The notes: generated by a model from the letters alone, not told the origin. Counted from the first letter of the stretch, positions 40,903 to 52,182 are shown. The stretch is 64,000 bases of DNA from an uncultured delta proteobacterium (GCA_963789265.1 CAWBKB010000001.1:544001-608000), one strand, 5' to 3'. Numbers and translations are program-made.

Positions 40903-41226
40903 AGTCTACCTCCCTGGGTATTCTGGGGACACAATACCATTCTTGACGCGGAGAATTTCCGCAGCCTTCCAGGCTTTTCCTGCGCCCGGAGACAGGTATA
41001 TATTCTTTGCCTCATTTATTGCACACTGCGTAAATGGCTTTCCGATTGCCACAACGTTTCCGCCTGTCAGGAGACCGGGTCAGTTTGAAAGCTGTTCACC
41101 AGATTACTCTTTTGCCTCCTGCCGGGCAATGCCCTTTGAAATCCGGGGACAACATGTAATATCGGCCACGATCCGCGAGTTAAGTAAGGTGTACCCGGAT
41201 CTACATTCTTGACTGAATCCTATGTT

Positions 41227-41709
41227 TCATGTGGCATTGTGCTCCACTTGTGCTTTGAAAAGTCGCAGCGCTTTGTGCATATATCCGCGCCACAGTACAT
41301 TTGTGATGAACCAAAGAATCGGCACAGCAAAAGCAGACCTTGGATTAAACGCGTAACGCCATTTGATATGCGTTTTAGTCGATGAAGTACTGCTAAACCA
41401 CCATTCACCGTTTGCTGAGGTCACGAGAAACCGAAGCGCACCCGTAAACTCGCTGACAGTGTAGCTGAAGTAATCAGGATGCTCGTACTGTGTTAACATT
41501 TCTTGCGCGGAACTGCCATCGGACAAAAGAACGGTTCGTGTCTGACCTGATCCGTCCCACGCACCGGTTTGGTCTTTAGTTCCGGTGACAGCGGGTAGCG
41601 GCCCGTATCCCGTAAATATTGACGTAAGATCAATGGGTACATTACGCTCAAAAGCCGCGATTTGATTAACCGCCACATCTGTATTTACTGTTACTGCAAG
41701 TGATCTCAA
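41227..41709 (-). CDS. SRPBCC/polyketide cyclase-family protein
   Basis: RBS AAGGAGG before TTG 41709; GYGPLPAV, WDGSGQTRTV, GEWWF, THIKWRYAF. Confidence 0.7.
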   Translation of the reverse strand: MRSLAVTVNTDVAVNQIAAFERNVPIDLTSIFTGYGPLPAVTGTKDQTGAWDGSGQTRTVLLSDGSSAQEMLTQYEHPDYFSYTVSEFTGALRFLVTSANGEWWFSSTSSTKTHIKWRYAFNPRSAFAVPILWFITNVLWRGYMHKALRLFKAQVEHNAT

Positions 41710-42220
41710 GGTTATCCTCCTTTTTGACCTACTGAAAATAGTCCACCGTTTCGTCCCCGGCCGAATTGGAGGTTCGCTCCAGGTGCGAACATTGGATGCA
41801 GGGTTGCACGGGGTCAGGCCCATTTTCTTTGCTCGACCTTTTCCACTTTTCCTCAACGCCGGCCGGATCGCATACCTTGCGCGGTCGGAATGAGACCAGA
41901 TCAGCTTTAAGGCCATTCACTGAATACCTTTTTTGCGCTCTGATGCGCAATGCTTTTTGAAATCCCGGGACACAACACGGAATTGGGGCTATAATCCGCG
42001 AATTAAGTAAAATGTCTCCAGATCCTCAAATAAACCGCCGAAGTTCCGCGTGGATGTCAAATTTGAAGCCCTGACCTCTGATTTTGCTGAAATGAGGAAA
42101 TACCTAAAATCTTGACAAATTCATCCGATAACTCCTAATATGATTTTGCCCGAAAAATTCCCATCTGTTTTGACTCAACGGCGTGTCCAAGGGGGCGGAC
42201 ACAGCCTGTTAAAAGAGCAT

Positions 42221-43375
42221 ATGATGGAACTCATGTCGCTTCCCATATTCAAACATGTCCTGGAAGTTATTCACACTGCCAACCATTGTGCGGATTGCGG
42301 CCTGATCCGAAAACAAATCCTGGAAGCCTTTTTCAAAGGCTTTGAAAACAATGGGGCTATCTTTTTCTGGCCGGATACCGCAGGCATGTTTTCGAATACC
42401 ATCATCAGCGGCGACCTTGATGAAGCCTTCAATCAACTTTTTCATAAGTATTACCATGAATTTGATCCACTGCATCTGATGGAAAAGCCGCCAAGTCGAG
42501 CACTGGTGGGAACCATGCCGCAACGCATCAGCTATGACTTCATGCTTTCCACCGAGTATTACAATGATTTTTTAAAACCCCAAAAGATACACTACAAATT
42601 GGTGGTGTCCCTGGACTCCATGGAGGGTACGCTGGGGAAAATCGTCCTCACCCGACCTGTGAGTTCCATTCCCTTTTCAGCAACAGACATTCAGACGGCC
42701 TGGACCGTTTCCCCATATTTGGCCCATGCCCTTTCGCTCAATGACCTTCGCCAAAAAATCAGCTTGTATGCCAACATTCTCAATTTTATCGAGAAGGATT
42801 TGTCCACCGGTGTCATGCTGGTGGATAAGTGCATGCACGTTGTTTATATTAATCCGCAAGCCGCTGAGTTGTGCCGCAAATTCTCAGGGTTTGCCCGCGG
42901 CAGGAATGACCGGCCCATTCCTCGGCTTTTGCTGGAAACCGTTAAGAAAATAATCATGGAAATAGAACACGTCTCTACGGGAGCTGAGATCATACCCAAA
43001 CGAAACATAATTATCGGCCACAATGGGGTGAAATTCTCGATCCACGCAAAATTCGTGCGCAACGGGTCCATTCCCGGATATGGCGGCTATTACATGATTT
43101 ATCTCTCTGAATTGGAAAGCAGCCTATCCTTGGAAGGGGGTGACATCCGCCGGATGTTCCAATTGACTCCAAGGGAGATCGACGTCACGAGGCAAATCTT
43201 CAATGGGTCAAGGAATCTGGAAATTGCGGAAAAATTGTTCGTTTCCGAGATCACCGTGAAAAAGCATATTCAAAATATTTACCGCAAGGTCGGGGTGAAA
43301 AACCGAACATCCCTGATGAACAAGATCATGGCTGTCGGCAAAATGCCCCGTCAACACCTCAACCCCGCAGATTGA
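42221..43375 (+). CDS. LuxR-family transcriptional regulator with sensory domains
   Basis: C-terminal LTPREIDV...NLEIAEKLFVSEITVKKHIQNIYRKVGVKNR. Confidence 0.9.
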   Translation: MMELMSLPIFKHVLEVIHTANHCADCGLIRKQILEAFFKGFENNGAIFFWPDTAGMFSNTIISGDLDEAFNQLFHKYYHEFDPLHLMEKPPSRALVGTMPQRISYDFMLSTEYYNDFLKPQKIHYKLVVSLDSMEGTLGKIVLTRPVSSIPFSATDIQTAWTVSPYLAHALSLNDLRQKISLYANILNFIEKDLSTGVMLVDKCMHVVYINPQAAELCRKFSGFARGRNDRPIPRLLLETVKKIIMEIEHVSTGAEIIPKRNIIIGHNGVKFSIHAKFVRNGSIPGYGGYYMIYLSELESSLSLEGGDIRRMFQLTPREIDVTRQIFNGSRNLEIAEKLFVSEITVKKHIQNIYRKVGVKNRTSLMNKIMAVGKMPRQHLNPAD

Positions 43376-43747
43376 TTCGGCTTTCCCGAATCAGACGTTG
43401 TCTGCCGGCAGGTCGAGTCCCTATTCGGCGGCGCTTCGCACTGAACGGCATTCATCAAGGGGCATGAATCGGATGAGTTGGCGGCCAGTTACCGCACGAT
43501 TCATTGAGGCTTCGTGTTTATCACCGGCGGAGCGGTGCATTTCGCTCGTTCGGCGAAATCCGTGAAATGACGTAATCGGCTTCAAAATTCCTACTTTCGT
43601 ATAGTATACATTAGTAATCAGGTCAAATATGTTCATTTATCCGGCATACAATAACGGCTATCGTCGCGCGCCTTGAACTCGACGAAAATAGCCCATTTCC
43701 GAGTGGAAACCAACTGACTGCTCGTAGGCGACAGAAAGGAGAAGACC

Positions 43748-44953
43748 ATGAAAATCAAATGGTGGCTTGGAATTACTGTCATGCTGCTCGTGATCGCGAG
43801 CATTGCAGGCACGGCCATGGCTAAAGACAAAATCGTCATTGGGCAGGCGATTTCTCTGTCCGGTCCTATGGCAAGCGGCGTGGCCATAGCTGGAGGACCC
43901 GTCTATGAACTGTGGGTTGACCAGGTCAATAAAAACGGCGGCATCTTCGTCAAAAAATATGGGAAAAAGCTGCCGATTAAACTGATCCGTTATGATGACA
44001 AGAGCGATATCGGCACCATGACGCATTTGCTGGAAAAATTGATCGTTGAGGACAAGGTCGACTTCATCCTGCCCCCCTGGAGCACCGCCATGCTTTATGC
44101 CGCTGCGCCCATCGCCAATAAGTATCATTACATTCTAATCGGAGGGCCCGGTGGTGCCGCCAAACTCAAAGAGCTCGATCTCCCCTATTTTTTTCAAGTC
44201 CTAAACTTCGCTGAAACCCAGAACCCGACACTGGCAAAGATTTACAAAGAAGTTGGGGTTAAATCGGTGGCCATCCTCTACCGCGGCGACCTTCATGGCA
44301 TCGAGTACGGCAAGTCATTCCCGCCATTGCTGAAGAAGATGGGCATCGAAGTCAAAATGTGCAAGAGCTACCCGCCGGATATTAAAGACATGTCGAGCCT
44401 GCTCAGAGAGGCTCAATCGCTTAAGGTGGATGCCTTATATGCAGCGTCTTATCCGCCGGAAGCCATGTTGCTCACCAAGCAGGCGATGGAACTGGGCATC
44501 AATTTTAAATCCCTATTCATGACCGTACTGCCGTTTTCACCCAACCTTTTCCGCGATACCTTTGGTGTTAAAGCCGTTGAAGGTGTCATGGGCGGTGGTG
44601 CCTGGAATGCAAAAACTTCGCCCGGGGCAAAGGAACTGGTGAAGATATATAAGGCCAAATTTGGGGTCGAACCCGACTACTGGGGAGCCTTGTTTTACTA
44701 CTCTTCCCTGCAGGATCTCCAACAGGCCATCGAAAAAGCCGGTACGCTCGACCAGAAGAAAATTCGGGATATCATGGCCAAAGATAAGTTTCAAACCGCG
44801 CTGGGCACCTTCTCGTACGACAAGCACCGCTACTTCGTGAATCATCCCGGTGAAATCGGCCAGTGGCAGCACGGTGTCTTTGAAGTCATCGATCCGGGCG
44901 CCAAGCGCACGGCGCCGCCCGAATATCCCAAGCCGGATTGGCCCAAAAAATAA
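43748..44953 (+). CDS. LIV-type ABC transporter substrate-binding protein
   Basis: Signal peptide, IGQAISLSGP, NKNGGI, YDDKSD, IGQWQ. Confidence 0.9.
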   Translation: MKIKWWLGITVMLLVIASIAGTAMAKDKIVIGQAISLSGPMASGVAIAGGPVYELWVDQVNKNGGIFVKKYGKKLPIKLIRYDDKSDIGTMTHLLEKLIVEDKVDFILPPWSTAMLYAAAPIANKYHYILIGGPGGAAKLKELDLPYFFQVLNFAETQNPTLAKIYKEVGVKSVAILYRGDLHGIEYGKSFPPLLKKMGIEVKMCKSYPPDIKDMSSLLREAQSLKVDALYAASYPPEAMLLTKQAMELGINFKSLFMTVLPFSPNLFRDTFGVKAVEGVMGGGAWNAKTSPGAKELVKIYKAKFGVEPDYWGALFYYSSLQDLQQAIEKAGTLDQKKIRDIMAKDKFQTALGTFSYDKHRYFVNHPGEIGQWQHGVFEVIDPGAKRTAPPEYPKPDWPKK

Positions 44954-45067
44954 GCTGCCGTGGGAAAGATATGGTGTGGATAACTCAAGATGCGTTCAAA
45001 GATGTACCTCCCGCGAGCGGACAAACGCCGACATCTCCAGGCTTAACGGACGGGAAACACAAACGTT

Positions 45068-45940
45068 ATGATCAAGACCCTCCTGGACATCGTGACGGAC
45101 GGTCTGCTTCTGGGCGGCATCTATGCGCTGATCGCCGTGGGCCTAAGCATACAATACGGTGTGGCCCGTGTGCTCAACATCGCCCACGGTGAATTTATCA
45201 TGCTCGGCGCCTTCATTACCTGGACGTTGTTCACCGTCCTTGGTATCAACCCGCTGCTTTCACTGGCCGTCAGCGGGCCGGCGCTGTTTATCATCGGTCT
45301 GCTCCTTTACCGGACATTGCTGGCGCCCCTTCGAAAGAAATCAGCTTCGCCGGAAGCCTTTGAAGGCAATTCCATGCTGGCGTGCTTCGGTTTAATCTTT
45401 ATTATCCAAAATACAGCCATACTGATATGGAATGCGGATATGAAAGGGTACTCCTTTTTGGCGTTTCCAATCAGTATCGGCGGCGTTGCCGTCGCCGCCA
45501 ATCGGCTGGTAACTCTGGGTTTCGCTTCACTGTTTTGTTTAATCTTCTACCTTTACCTCGCCCGTACGCGGATGGGCAAAGCCATACGGGCGGCCGCCCA
45601 GGACGCTGAGATCGCCGGTCTGATGGGAGTCGACATCGACCGCGTGCTGGGACTTTGTTTTGGTTTCGGCGCCCTGATGGCTGGTCTGGGCGGTTCGCTG
45701 ATCAGCATCTCCTACAATATTCAGCCTGCCATGGGTCTCGAATACACCATGATCGCATTGATCGTCATCGTTCTGGGCGGGCTGGGCAGCATTCTGGGAA
45801 GTTTTCTAGGCGGGCTGTTCCTGGGACTTGTGGGAAGCATCGTCAGCTATATTCAGCCGGGGCTCTCTATCGTGGCCTATTACGCCATCTTTATGCTTCT
45901 GCTGCTGATCAAACCCAAAGGTATCCTTGGTACTCACTGA
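45068..45940 (+). CDS. LIV-type ABC permease (LivH-like)
   Basis: GGIYALIAVGL, NIAHGEF, GKAIRAAAQD, VLGGLGS. Confidence 0.92.
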   Translation: MIKTLLDIVTDGLLLGGIYALIAVGLSIQYGVARVLNIAHGEFIMLGAFITWTLFTVLGINPLLSLAVSGPALFIIGLLLYRTLLAPLRKKSASPEAFEGNSMLACFGLIFIIQNTAILIWNADMKGYSFLAFPISIGGVAVAANRLVTLGFASLFCLIFYLYLARTRMGKAIRAAAQDAEIAGLMGVDIDRVLGLCFGFGALMAGLGGSLISISYNIQPAMGLEYTMIALIVIVLGGLGSILGSFLGGLFLGLVGSIVSYIQPGLSIVAYYAIFMLLLLIKPKGILGTH

Positions 45941-45959
45941 TCCGGATGGTGTTGCCGAT

Positions 45960-46892
45960 ATGACCCCAAAAACGTATGGGACGATATTGCTGATCCTGCT
46001 GCTTGTGTCGTTGGCGGCGTTGCCTTTGTATGGTTCGGCTTACATGGTCATACTTGTTGTCAGGATATTTATGTATGTCATCCTGGCAGTGAGCTGGACT
46101 ATGTTCTCAGGCCCCACCGGTAATATTTCCCTGGCCACCGCGGCTTTCTTCGGAACCGGTGTTTATGCCACCGCGGTTTCGGGCAATAGCCTGCCGCTGG
46201 TTGCCGTAGTGGTCATCTCAGGGTTTGCCGGCTTTTGCCTCGCCCTTGCGGTGGGCGCTCTCACCCTGCGGTTAAAAGGCATCTATTTTGTCATGTTTAC
46301 CTTCGGGCTGGTGGAGCTGCTGCTCAATTTCATCTTGTGGTGGGAAGTCAACATCACCGGCACCACCGGCCGCGTCGTTGCCAGTGTCGGGAACTGGACC
46401 GTCTTTTACTTCCTGTTGTCCATTATCTTGGCCTTGTCCCTTGTGGTCTACCTGCTCAACCGCTCGCGCTACGGTTTGGCCCTGCGGAGTCTGGGCACGT
46501 CGGAGGAAGCCGCGGCTCATCTCGGCGTCAATGTAACCGCCCTGAAAGTGATGGTTTTTGCATTCAGCGCTTTCTTTATGGGAGCCACCGGGGCCGTCAT
46601 GGCTACGCGCTGGACGTACATCGACCCGAAGATCGCCTTTAATCCCAATCTTTCGTTTCTGCCGGTGTTGATGGCCATTTTCGGAGGTATTTCCAAACCT
46701 TATGGTCCTATCATCGGTGCCACGATCTTCACCTGCATGGAAGAGTTTTTGCTCACACGTCTTCCCTATCACTACATGCTCATCTTTGGGTTGATCATGG
46801 TCTTTTCAATTTTATATATGCCCGGTGGCTTGGTAGAGGTCGTAAAGAGGTTCCGAGGACAATTGCCGGAGAGAAAACATGCCCATTCTTGA
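45960..46892 (+). CDS. LIV-type ABC permease (LivM-like)
   Basis: GNISLA..AFFG, LRLKGIYF, SRYGLAL, GPIIGA. Confidence 0.9.
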   Translation: MTPKTYGTILLILLLVSLAALPLYGSAYMVILVVRIFMYVILAVSWTMFSGPTGNISLATAAFFGTGVYATAVSGNSLPLVAVVVISGFAGFCLALAVGALTLRLKGIYFVMFTFGLVELLLNFILWWEVNITGTTGRVVASVGNWTVFYFLLSIILALSLVVYLLNRSRYGLALRSLGTSEEAAAHLGVNVTALKVMVFAFSAFFMGATGAVMATRWTYIDPKIAFNPNLSFLPVLMAIFGGISKPYGPIIGATIFTCMEEFLLTRLPYHYMLIFGLIMVFSILYMPGGLVEVVKRFRGQLPERKHAHS

Positions 46893-47616
46893 AGGCCGTT
46901 CGGTAAACAAGCGTTTCGGCGGATTGACGGCAGTTTGTGATGTTGATTTCCACTTGGACGAGGGAGAAATCCTCGGACTGATCGGACCCAACGGCGCCGG
47001 CAAATCCACCTTGTTTGATCTGATATCGGCAGCCTTGACTCCCAAGCCCGGGAAAATATTGTTCAAAGGCGTTGACATTACCGGCATCAAACCCAACCGC
47101 ATTTGCCGCATGGGGCTGGCTCGAACGTTTCAAAATGTTAAGATCTTCGGCAACCTTTCGGTGCTCGAGAATGTCTTGATAGGCTCTTTTTTCGGCTCAT
47201 CCGCGAAGATTTCCCCATCGCTGGCCAAGCACGACGCCGAAGCCGCTCTGAATTTCACCGGGCTTTCAGCCGCAAGAGAGAGCCCGGCCGCCGATCTGAC
47301 CCTGGCTAATCAGAAAAGACTGGAAGTGGCCCGGGCATTGGCCACCAAACCGCAAGTCATCATGCTGGATGAAATCATGGAGGGACTCAACCCGTCCGAA
47401 GTATCTCAGGCCATGGACCTGGTCATCCGCATTCGGGACAGCGGAGTTGCCGTGATTATGATCGAACATGTCATGAAAGCCATCATGCATATCTGCGAGC
47501 GCGTCATGGTGCTCCACCACGGCGTCAAAATCGCCGACGGAACTCCAGCGGAAATTGCAGCGGACCAAAACGTCATGAAAGTTTATCTGGGAGACCATGC
47601 CCGTGTTGTCGGTTAA
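46879..47616 (+). CDS. LIV-type ABC ATP-binding protein (LivG-like)
   Basis: GPNGAGKST, ARTFQ, MLDE, IEH. Confidence 0.93.
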   Translation: MPILEGRSVNKRFGGLTAVCDVDFHLDEGEILGLIGPNGAGKSTLFDLISAALTPKPGKILFKGVDITGIKPNRICRMGLARTFQNVKIFGNLSVLENVLIGSFFGSSAKISPSLAKHDAEAALNFTGLSAARESPAADLTLANQKRLEVARALATKPQVIMLDEIMEGLNPSEVSQAMDLVIRIRDSGVAVIMIEHVMKAIMHICERVMVLHHGVKIADGTPAEIAADQNVMKVYLGDHARVVG

Positions 47617-48307
47617 GCATGTCAGTACATTTTACGGGAAGATGCAAGCCTTGTGGGATGTCTCCCTGGATATCGGGGAGGCGGAGATCGTCGCCTTGAT
47701 CGGAGCCAACGGCGCGGGCAAGACCACGCTGCTTAAAACCATAACCGGAGTCGTTGCTCCGCGCTACGGCGAGATCACATTTTTGGGTCGGCGCATCGAG
47801 AAATTCAAATCCCATGCCATCGTGAATCTGGGCATCTCCCATATACCGGAAGGCCGCAAGCTCTTCGGGCAGATGTCGGTATTGGAAAACCTCGAAATGG
47901 GAGCGTATAGCAAGCGGGTTCGGGATCAGCGCGGCGACACCCTGGAGGAGGTCTTTCAAATGCTTCCACTTCTAAGGAGCCGCCAGGCTCAAATCACCAG
48001 CACCATGAGCGGCGGCGAGCAACAAATGGTCGCCATGGGCCGGGGGCTAATGTCAAAACCCAAGTTGTGTTTGATCGATGAGCCATCTTCCGGCCTAGCT
48101 CCCATTGTTGTGGAGGATGTTTTTCAGATGATCAAGAAACTGCGAACCCAAGGGATTTCCATTTTTCTGATCGAACAGAATGTCCAGCAAACCCTGGAAA
48201 TCGCGGATCGGGGCTATGTAATCGAAAACGGGCGCATTCTTCTGGAAGGCCGAAGTGAAGAGCTAATACAGAATGAACAGATTCGCAAGGCCTATTTGGG
48301 CCTCTAG
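47597..48307 (+). CDS. LIV-type ABC ATP-binding protein (LivF-like)
   Basis: GANGAGKTT, PEGRKLF, MSGGEQQM, IDEPS, IEQN. Confidence 0.93.
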   Translation: MPVLSVKHVSTFYGKMQALWDVSLDIGEAEIVALIGANGAGKTTLLKTITGVVAPRYGEITFLGRRIEKFKSHAIVNLGISHIPEGRKLFGQMSVLENLEMGAYSKRVRDQRGDTLEEVFQMLPLLRSRQAQITSTMSGGEQQMVAMGRGLMSKPKLCLIDEPSSGLAPIVVEDVFQMIKKLRTQGISIFLIEQNVQQTLEIADRGYVIENGRILLEGRSEELIQNEQIRKAYLGL

Positions 48308-48472
48308 CCTCGCACACCGCTTTGGTCGCGGAAAATACAGGTGAATTATTTTTAAGCTTGCCCTTGTTCGGAGGTGAATGATTGCTACCACTGGGATTCG
48401 TAGAGTAATTCGCACGATTTGGGTGCAATTAAGATTCATTTTATGCCAACCGGAAACACGAAGGAGAATTAA

Positions 48473-49912
48473 ATGCAGACGCATCAAATGTTGATCGACG
48501 GTAAATGGGTCCATGCGGCATCCGGAGAGTTTTTCGATGACTGCAATCCTTATACGGGCGAAGTGTTCACCCGGGTTCCCAAGGCTGACAAGGTAGACGC
48601 CGGGCTGGCCATGGCCGCTGCCTTTGATGCCAGGAAGCCTTGGGCCTCGACGCCTCCCTTGGAACGCGCGCGGATTCTGTTCACCGCCGCCCGCTTGCTC
48701 GAAGAAGGCACGCAGGATTACGCGCAACTGCTTGTGACCGAAGGGGGAAGCACTTTCGGAAAGGCGATGTTCGAGATTTCTCAAACCGTCGATCTATTGC
48801 AGACAGCCGCCGGAGATTGCAAGCGCATCCTGGGTGAAACTTTTCAAACCGATCCCGGCAAACTCTCCATGACCATGCTGACCCCCAAAGGTACTGTGGT
48901 GGCCATTTCTCCTTGGAATTTTCCACTGATCCTGTCTATGTATAAAGTGGCTTACGCGCTGGGGACCGGTAATACCGTGGTTTTAAAGCCGGCCAGCGAA
49001 ACACCGGTGATCGGCCTCAAGATCGGAGAACTCTTTGAAAAGGCCGGTCTCATGCCCGGAGCGCTGAACGTGTTGACCGGTCCGGGAAGCATCCTGGGCG
49101 ATGCCCTCATCGCAGACGAACGCTGCTCGATGGTCTCTCTGACCGGAGAGACCGTGACAGGCAGACACGTCGCCCAAAAAGCTGCCGAGACTCTGAAAGA
49201 GTATACTCTTGAAATGGGGGGCAAGAACCCGCTCGTTATTTTGGCGGATTCGGATGTGGACTTTGCGGTAAATACGGCAGCATTCGGAGCCTTCTTGCAC
49301 CAGGGACAGATCTGCATGTCAGTGGGGCGCATTGTAGTGGAGGAACAGATCGCAGCCGAGTTTGCCGAGAAATTGGCGGCGAAAGCGGCCACGCTGCCCA
49401 AGGGCGATCCCAGCCAACCCCAGACCGTGGTCGGTCCCCTGATCAATGACCATCAGGTGAAAAAGGTGGACACCCTGGTTCAGGATGCCGTGGTAAATGG
49501 GGCCAAACTGCTTCACGGAGGCAGTTTCGAGGGACGGGTTTACGATCCAACCGTACTGATGAAGGTTCAACCCACGATGAAGATCTACCATGAAGAGACC
49601 TTCGGCCCGGTTGCGTCGATCATTCCTGTGAAGGATGCCGCGGAAGCTCTACGGGTTGCCAACGATACGCCCTACGGACTCTCCGCCGGCGTCATAACCA
49701 AGGATATCCACAAGGCTTTGTACCTGGCCGAAGGATTGGAAGCCGGCATGGTGCACGTCAACGACAGCTCCATTGATGCGGATGCTTGTTGCCCCTTCGG
49801 AGGCTGGAAAGACAGCGGCCGGGGTCGTGAAGGCGGTCGCTATTCCGTCGAACAGTACAGCGAAATGAAATGGGTGACCATTCAAAAAGCGGCGAAAGCT
49901 TTTCCGTTCTAA
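48473..49912 (+). CDS. Aldehyde dehydrogenase (benzaldehyde/vanillin dehydrogenase-like)
   Basis: SPWNFP, LEMGGKNP, FLHQGQICMS, EETFGP. Confidence 0.9.
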   Translation: MQTHQMLIDGKWVHAASGEFFDDCNPYTGEVFTRVPKADKVDAGLAMAAAFDARKPWASTPPLERARILFTAARLLEEGTQDYAQLLVTEGGSTFGKAMFEISQTVDLLQTAAGDCKRILGETFQTDPGKLSMTMLTPKGTVVAISPWNFPLILSMYKVAYALGTGNTVVLKPASETPVIGLKIGELFEKAGLMPGALNVLTGPGSILGDALIADERCSMVSLTGETVTGRHVAQKAAETLKEYTLEMGGKNPLVILADSDVDFAVNTAAFGAFLHQGQICMSVGRIVVEEQIAAEFAEKLAAKAATLPKGDPSQPQTVVGPLINDHQVKKVDTLVQDAVVNGAKLLHGGSFEGRVYDPTVLMKVQPTMKIYHEETFGPVASIIPVKDAAEALRVANDTPYGLSAGVITKDIHKALYLAEGLEAGMVHVNDSSIDADACCPFGGWKDSGRGREGGRYSVEQYSEMKWVTIQKAAKAFPF

Positions 49913-50151
49913 GTATCCTATGGCTTAAACACGGTGTCTTATTTCGGGCAATGTTGTGCATGCTTGCAATCCAATCCGACGCCTTCACCGAGATTCCGGA
50001 TCCGAATGGTAGGGGCATACCTTGTGTCTGCCCTCATGGGGCACCCACGAGAGGTGCCCCTACAACGGATTCCGGTTTATACCGGAGTGATCGCAATAGC
50101 GTCCGAACGCGAGATCGAAACTAGAGAATATTTCCCTTAAGGAGGGGAAAA

Positions 50152-51246
50152 ATGGATGTCAAAGCTGCCGTAGTTTTTGAGAAATCAGGAGATTTCAGGA
50201 TCGAACAACTGAAGATCAGCGAGCCGAACGACGATGAGGTCATGGTTCGGATAGTCGGTTGTGGAATATGCCACACTGATTTGGGTGCCCGCGATCAGTA
50301 TCTGCCAATCCCTCTGCCAAGTGTCTTCGGACACGAAGGCTCTGGCGTTGTTGAACGAGTGGGAGCGCGGGTGAACAAGGTGAAACCGGGTGACCATGTG
50401 GTTCTGAGCTGGGGCTCCTGTGGCAGATGCAGTTCGTGCAAGGCCGGAAAAGATCCCTATTGCCTGAATTTCTTCCCGCTCAATTTCAGTGGGGCTCGCC
50501 CGGACGGCACCACGACATTGAAAAAGGGCGATCAAGTCATTCATGGCTCTTTTTTCGGCCAGTCTTCTTTTGCCAGTCACGCTTTGGCCAACGAGCGGAA
50601 CGTTGTCAAGATCCGAAAAGACATTCCCCTTGAGATCCTCGGACCGTTGGGGTGCGGTGTTCAAACCGGAGCAGGGGCTGTCATGAACACACTTCAGCCC
50701 AAGCCGGGCGCGTCCATCGCGATCTTCGGCGCGGGCACGGTTGGTATGAGCGCTGTTCTCGGTGCACTGGTGTGTGGTTGTACCACGATTATCGCTGTAG
50801 ATGTCCAGCCGGAGCGCCTTAAGATGGCCAAAGAATTCGGAGCCACTCATGCCGTGAACTCCGGTGAGACCGATCCTGTCGAGGCGATCCGGGAGATTAC
50901 CGGCGGGGGTGCTGATTTCACCCTGGAGTGTGTCGGCAATCCAAAAGTGTTGCGTCAGGCCGTGGACGCTTTGCCACTCTGCGGGGTCTGCGGACTGTTG
51001 GGCGTAGTGTCACCGGGCACCGAGGTGGTCCTGGACATGGACAGGATCATGAACGGGCGAACAATTAAGGGGATCATTGAAGGCGATTCCATTCCTGATC
51101 TTTTTATTCCAAGGCTTGCAGAATTGTATAGCCAGGGACGGTTTCCGTTTGACCGATTGATTACCTTTTATCCGTTTGATGACATAAACAAGGCAGTGGA
51201 AGACATGGAAAAGGGACTGGTGGTCAAACCGATCTTACGACCCTAG
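50152..51246 (+). CDS. Zn-dependent aryl (benzyl) alcohol dehydrogenase
   Basis: CHTD, GHEGSG, CGRCSSC..PYC, FFGQSSFA, PLGCGVQTGAG, GRFPFDRL. Confidence 0.88.
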   Translation: MDVKAAVVFEKSGDFRIEQLKISEPNDDEVMVRIVGCGICHTDLGARDQYLPIPLPSVFGHEGSGVVERVGARVNKVKPGDHVVLSWGSCGRCSSCKAGKDPYCLNFFPLNFSGARPDGTTTLKKGDQVIHGSFFGQSSFASHALANERNVVKIRKDIPLEILGPLGCGVQTGAGAVMNTLQPKPGASIAIFGAGTVGMSAVLGALVCGCTTIIAVDVQPERLKMAKEFGATHAVNSGETDPVEAIREITGGGADFTLECVGNPKVLRQAVDALPLCGVCGLLGVVSPGTEVVLDMDRIMNGRTIKGIIEGDSIPDLFIPRLAELYSQGRFPFDRLITFYPFDDINKAVEDMEKGLVVKPILRP

Positions 51247-51359
51247 CTTAACGGGATTTGCCGGTTTTTCTTGCGAAATTCCAGAGATTGAGGGGCAATC
51301 CACATAAACTCGCTTATGAGGTCTTGCAACCCGCTCTAATACAATAAAGGGGCAGAGAC

Positions 51360-52182
51360 ATGAGACTGGAAGGAAAAGTAGCTCTCATAACAGGTGGGGG
51401 GACGGGCATAGGAGCCGCCATCGTCAGGCGATTCGTCAACGATGGGGCGAAGGTCTGCATCACCGGGCGGCGTCAGGCGATGTTGGACAAGGTGGCTCAA
51501 TCCCTTCCGCAGGATAGAGTTTCGACATGTTCAGGAGATGTCTCCGACTACAAGGACATCGAAAGGATGGTGGACACGGCGCTGAAATTTGGCGGGAAAC
51601 TCGATGTGGTGGTGAACAATGCCGGAATCGATCCGGGCGGCACGGTCGTAGATCTTGACGAAGAGGTTCTGGAGAAAGGTGATCGACATCAATCTGACCG
51701 GCCCTTTCCTGATGATGAAGGCTTCCTTGCCGCACATGATCGAAAACGGCGGCGGCTCTATCATCAACATTTCTTCCCTGGGCGGATTACGGTGCCTACC
51801 GGGCATGCCGGCCTATTGCACATCAAAAGCCGCACTTATCATGCTGACCAAGCAGGCCGCATTGGATTACGGTCGTTTCAAGGTCCGATGCAATGCCGTT
51901 TGCCCGGGAGCGACCCGCACGGATATGCTGGAGGAAGCACTCACTCCGCTTGCGAAATCGCTCAAGACCGGTGTGGACGACATATTTGCCCGAATCTCTT
52001 CAAGTGTGCCCCTTCGCCGGGTCGCGGCGCCCGACGAAGTTACGGGTCTTTGCAGTTTCCTGGCAAGCGATGACTCACTGTTCATGACCGGGTCCGCGCT
52101 TCTCCTGGACGGCGGTGCCGCAATTGTAGATGTATCCGGAGCGGCGCTGAGCAGTGCGGGTGTCAATTGGGGAGTAGTTTAG
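51360..52182 (+). CDS. Short-chain dehydrogenase/reductase (frameshift near 51667)
   Basis: TGGGTGIG and NNAG in the first ORF; YCTSK and NAVCPG in the second. Removing one G joins them (DEEFWRKVIDINL). Confidence 0.87.

Noticed and set aside
34650..42077. Integron with attC sites
   Set aside because: No intI and no convincing RYYYAAC...GTTRRRY boxes; genes lie on both strands.
32228..42077. CRISPR array
   Set aside because: Repeats are long, divergent and separated by whole genes; there are no cas genes.
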